Source: an uncultured candidate division Zixibacteria bacterium
GTDB lineage: Bacteria; Zixibacteria; MSB-5A5; UBA10806
DNA: 64,000 nt
Direction of reading: 5' to 3'
Assembly: GCA_963801605.1 (NCBI GenBank)
Contig: CAWDFP010000006.1
Span: 672,001 to 736,000, forward strand
In this document: positions 61,512 to 64,000 of the stretch, piece after piece
Layout: each line of letters opens with the position of its first letter
Numbering within the stretch: the first letter of the stretch is position 1
Notes under the pieces: generated by a model
Told to the model about the DNA's origin: nothing
Database searches by the model: none
The model's input: only the letters and a program-made list of their open reading frames with translations
Made by a program: the position numbers and the translations under genes

Positions 61512-61640
61512 ATGAAAAGAATCAACCTGCTTATATTAACAACCCTTTTTATAATAATAAAACTCTCGTATGCCGATTACCACTACGCCTCCCATTCTGG
61601 CTCCAGTGTTTACCCGTAAACTGGCTGGGGGATGGCTGCG
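61512..61640 (+). pseudogene. Truncated 5' remnant of a paralog of the 57615 gene
   Basis: GGAG RBS; MKRINLLILTTLFIIIKLSYADYHYASHSGSSVYP*TGWGMAA versus SFADYHYASHTGSNTYPYTSWETAA. TAA replaces the Tyr codon. Confidence 0.75.
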
Positions 61641-61729
61641 GGGCAACATTATACCTCCACGCACAGCAATAGCCACACACCTCAAAACAATCTTATAAAG
61701 TTTTAGACCTACGGGAGAGCTTGAGGCGG

Positions 61730-62977
61730 TTAGCCGCTCATGCTTTCGAGGAATTTGGCGTTGGTCTTGGTCTTCATCATCCGCTCAAGGAGGAATTCCA
61801 TCGCCTCGACAGGGTTCATCTCGTTGAGGAACTTCCTCAATACCCACACGCGGTTGAGTTCCTCGGCAGTCATGAGCAACTCTTCCTTGCGGGTGCCGCT
61901 GCGGTTGATATCCATAGCAGGGAAGATACGCCGGTCTGACAAACGACGGTCGAGCACGATTTCCATATTGCCGGTGCCCTTGAACTCCTCGAAAATAACA
62001 TCATCCATGCGCGAACCGGTCTCTACCAATGCCGTGGCGATAATGGTAAGCGAGCCGCCCTCCTCGACATTTCTGGCCGCTCCAAAGAATCGTTTCGGTT
62101 TCTGAAGCGCATTAGAGTCAACGCCACCCGATAGAATCTTGCCGGAATGCGGCACCACCGCGTTATAAGCGCGCGCCAGACGAGTGATCGAGTCAAGCAA
62201 TATCACCACATGATTCTGATGCTCAACCAGGCGCTTGGCCTTGTCGATTACCATCTCGGCCACCGTGACGTGTCTGTCGGCAGGCTCATCGAATGTTGAG
62301 GAGACGACCTCGGCTTTGACCGAACGCTTCATGTCGGTGACTTCCTCCGGACGTTCGTCAATGAGGAGCACAATCAGTTTCATGTCGGGATGGTTGGTCG
62401 TGATTGCGTTCGCGATCTTCTGAAGAATGATAGTTTTTCCTGCTTTCGGCGGAGATGTAATCAAGCCTCTTTGGCCGCGGCCGATCGGAGTGAGCAAATC
62501 CATAATGCGAGTGGTGGTGTCTTTCGAATCGTGTTCGAGTTTGATCTTATCCTGAGGATAAAGCGGAGTCAGGTTATCGAACAGCACCTTGTGCTTGGCG
62601 ATTTCGGGATTCTCGAAATTAACCGCCTCGATCTTTAGAAGCGCAAAATAGCGTTCACTTTCTTTGGGCGGACGAACCTGTCCGGAAACGGTGTCGCCGC
62701 TGCGCAAGTCAAAGCGCTTTATCTGCGATGGGCTGACATAAATGTCATCGGGGCCGGGCAGATAGTTGTAGTCGGGGCTACGCAAAAAGCCATACCCCTC
62801 GGGCAGGATCTCAAGCACTCCCTCGGCGAAGATCAGGCCATCGGCCTCGGTCTTCCCCTCGAGGATCTTAAAGATCAGCTCCGATTTGCGAAGTCCCGAG
62901 ATACCGGGTATCTTGAGATCCTCGGCGAGCTCGGTCAGCTCCGCGATTGTTTTTGATTTTAATTCAACAATGTCCAT
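61730..62977 (-). CDS. rho: Transcription termination factor Rho
   Basis: [49 protein letters not shown] and [20 protein letters not shown]. Confidence 0.98.
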   Translation of the reverse strand: MDIVELKSKTIAELTELAEDLKIPGISGLRKSELIFKILEGKTEADGLIFAEGVLEILPEGYGFLRSPDYNYLPGPDDIYVSPSQIKRFDLRSGDTVSGQVRPPKESERYFALLKIEAVNFENPEIAKHKVLFDNLTPLYPQDKIKLEHDSKDTTTRIMDLLTPIGRGQRGLITSPPKAGKTIILQKIANAITTNHPDMKLIVLLIDERPEEVTDMKRSVKAEVVSSTFDEPADRHVTVAEMVIDKAKRLVEHQNHVVILLDSITRLARAYNAVVPHSGKILSGGVDSNALQKPKRFFGAARNVEEGGSLTIIATALVETGSRMDDVIFEEFKGTGNMEIVLDRRLSDRRIFPAMDINRSGTRKEELLMTAEELNRVWVLRKFLNEMNPVEAMEFLLERMMKTKTNAKFLESMSG

Positions 62978-63070
62978 TACATTCACCTCTATGTTATCTT
63001 GCCATTATCACCAGTGAGCAGAGCCATATATTCGGCTCCGCCACCTCTGGCATGCAAAAATGATATGTTC

Positions 63071-63412
63071 TTATTCTACTACTTCGATTGGTGCGTCGCC
63101 CCAGAGCTTTTCCAGGGCGTAACGATCGCGGACCTCGGGGCGAAAGATATGAACCACGACGCTGACATAATCCAGAAGAACCCAGTTGAGCGCCTGATAT
63201 CCTTCCTTATGCCAGACTCGAACCCCTCGTTCTTTCAGCTTGTCCACGACGTTGTCAGCGATGGCTTTGACATGTATGTCGACCGTTCCTGAACAGATCA
63301 CGAAATAATCTGCGACATCGGAATGTTTTCTTAAGTCGATAATTTTGATGTCCAGACCGTTCTTGTCCAGAGCATATTTGCAAACCGCTCTGGCTATGTT
63401 CTTAGGGGTCAA
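63071..63412 (-). CDS. rsfS: Ribosome silencing factor
   Basis: D.FVICSG....V.AIAD, EG....WVLLDY..VVVHIF....R..Y.LEKLW.DA. Confidence 0.93.
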   Translation of the reverse strand: MTPKNIARAVCKYALDKNGLDIKIIDLRKHSDVADYFVICSGTVDIHVKAIADNVVDKLKERGVRVWHKEGYQALNWVLLDYVSVVVHIFRPEVRDRYALEKLWGDAPIEVVE

Positions 63413-63413
63413 A

Positions 63414-63938
63414 TTAAAGCGATGCCTCCTTTGCTTTCTTTAGCTTGTCGATATACGAACCGTAATCTCTACCCGCGATCACGGTCACATCGATATTTAG
63501 TAAATTCTCCTCCAGCTTGAGGACGATGATATCACTTTCTGCAATCCCCAACCGTCGGGCTACGCCTCTGGCCTCATCGGATATTCCACCCTCGGATGAT
63601 TGCGAGCCGCGCCTGTCGACCACGGTGGTTTTATCGAACGGGGCCAGCTTGGTATCGCCTTTTTCGATGATGTCATAAACCTGCAGGCTATCGCCGGGCA
63701 TAAGCGCCTCGGCCAGCTTCTGCGCGGCGCCATTATCGCCACAACCGTTTAATACCTGCATCGTAACGCTGGTGGGAGGCTTGATACTTCGTTCCACTAC
63801 CGCCTTGGGGGTCCAGAAAAATGAGGCGATAAAAACGACGACAACGCAGGCGAGAAATATGATGGCCCATCCTGAAAAACTCCTAAATATCGAAGAGCTT
63901 TTATGGGGCCTTGATCTAAGGCTTTTGTTTCTTGTCAT
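63414..63938 (-). CDS. LytR C-terminal domain membrane-anchored protein
   Basis: N-terminal TM; QVLNGCG..G.A, A..VA..LG and DVTVI.G.DY; adjacent to rsfS. Confidence 0.8.
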   Translation of the reverse strand: MTRNKSLRSRPHKSSSIFRSFSGWAIIFLACVVVVFIASFFWTPKAVVERSIKPPTSVTMQVLNGCGDNGAAQKLAEALMPGDSLQVYDIIEKGDTKLAPFDKTTVVDRRGSQSSEGGISDEARGVARRLGIAESDIIVLKLEENLLNIDVTVIAGRDYGSYIDKLKKAKEASL

Positions 63939-64000
63939 TTAAAAAGATTGGAAGGGGCTGGAGGGGAAACCCCGAAGGTTAGTTGTTTAGTGATGATCCT

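Noticed and set aside
1..64000. CRISPR array, IS, integrase, prophage, DGR, rRNA
   Set aside because: No regularly spaced repeats, transposase, recombinase, reverse transcriptase, phage structural genes or rRNA-like sequence were seen by eye.

Overview
Gene-dense bacterial chromosomal window from a diderm (LPS-producing) organism. The twin-motif dockerin-like tail and the many secreted proteins ending in a YPNPFN...LxK C-terminal domain suggest an FCB-associated candidate lineage such as Zixibacteria; this is an inference, not a confirmed placement. Contents in order: (1) 1-14.3 kb, the 3' part of a surface-polysaccharide locus (GT4s, CapK-like ligase, bi-domain oxidoreductase, initiating phosphoglycosyl transferase, a pseudo-receiver/membrane fusion, Wzi-like and PorV-like barrels); (2) kdsC-kdsD-lpxL-lptC-lptB; (3) a sugar ABC importer with a multidomain GH38 alpha-mannosidase; (4) secreted proteins and housekeeping genes (FprA, 5'-nucleotidase, C1 peptidase, CDF, M20, HAD, DUF47-PiT, hutH, CBS-CGL, TrmB, GT28, rmlD, NYN, ferritin, ispG/ispH, pdxT/pdxS); (5) a 4 kb accessory block flanked by paralogous gene starts; (6) rho, rsfS and a LytR_C gene. 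From about 22 kb onward many genes are split by single-base indels that most likely reflect long-read consensus error. At about 46.0 kb two convergent genes are both truncated at one point, which indicates a deletion or misassembly. I saw no rRNA, tRNA, CRISPR array, transposase, integrase or phage genes. The best candidates for undescribed biology are the phospho-null receiver fused to a copy of the PGT membrane domain, and a PorV-like barrel inside the polysaccharide locus together with T9SS-like cargo.
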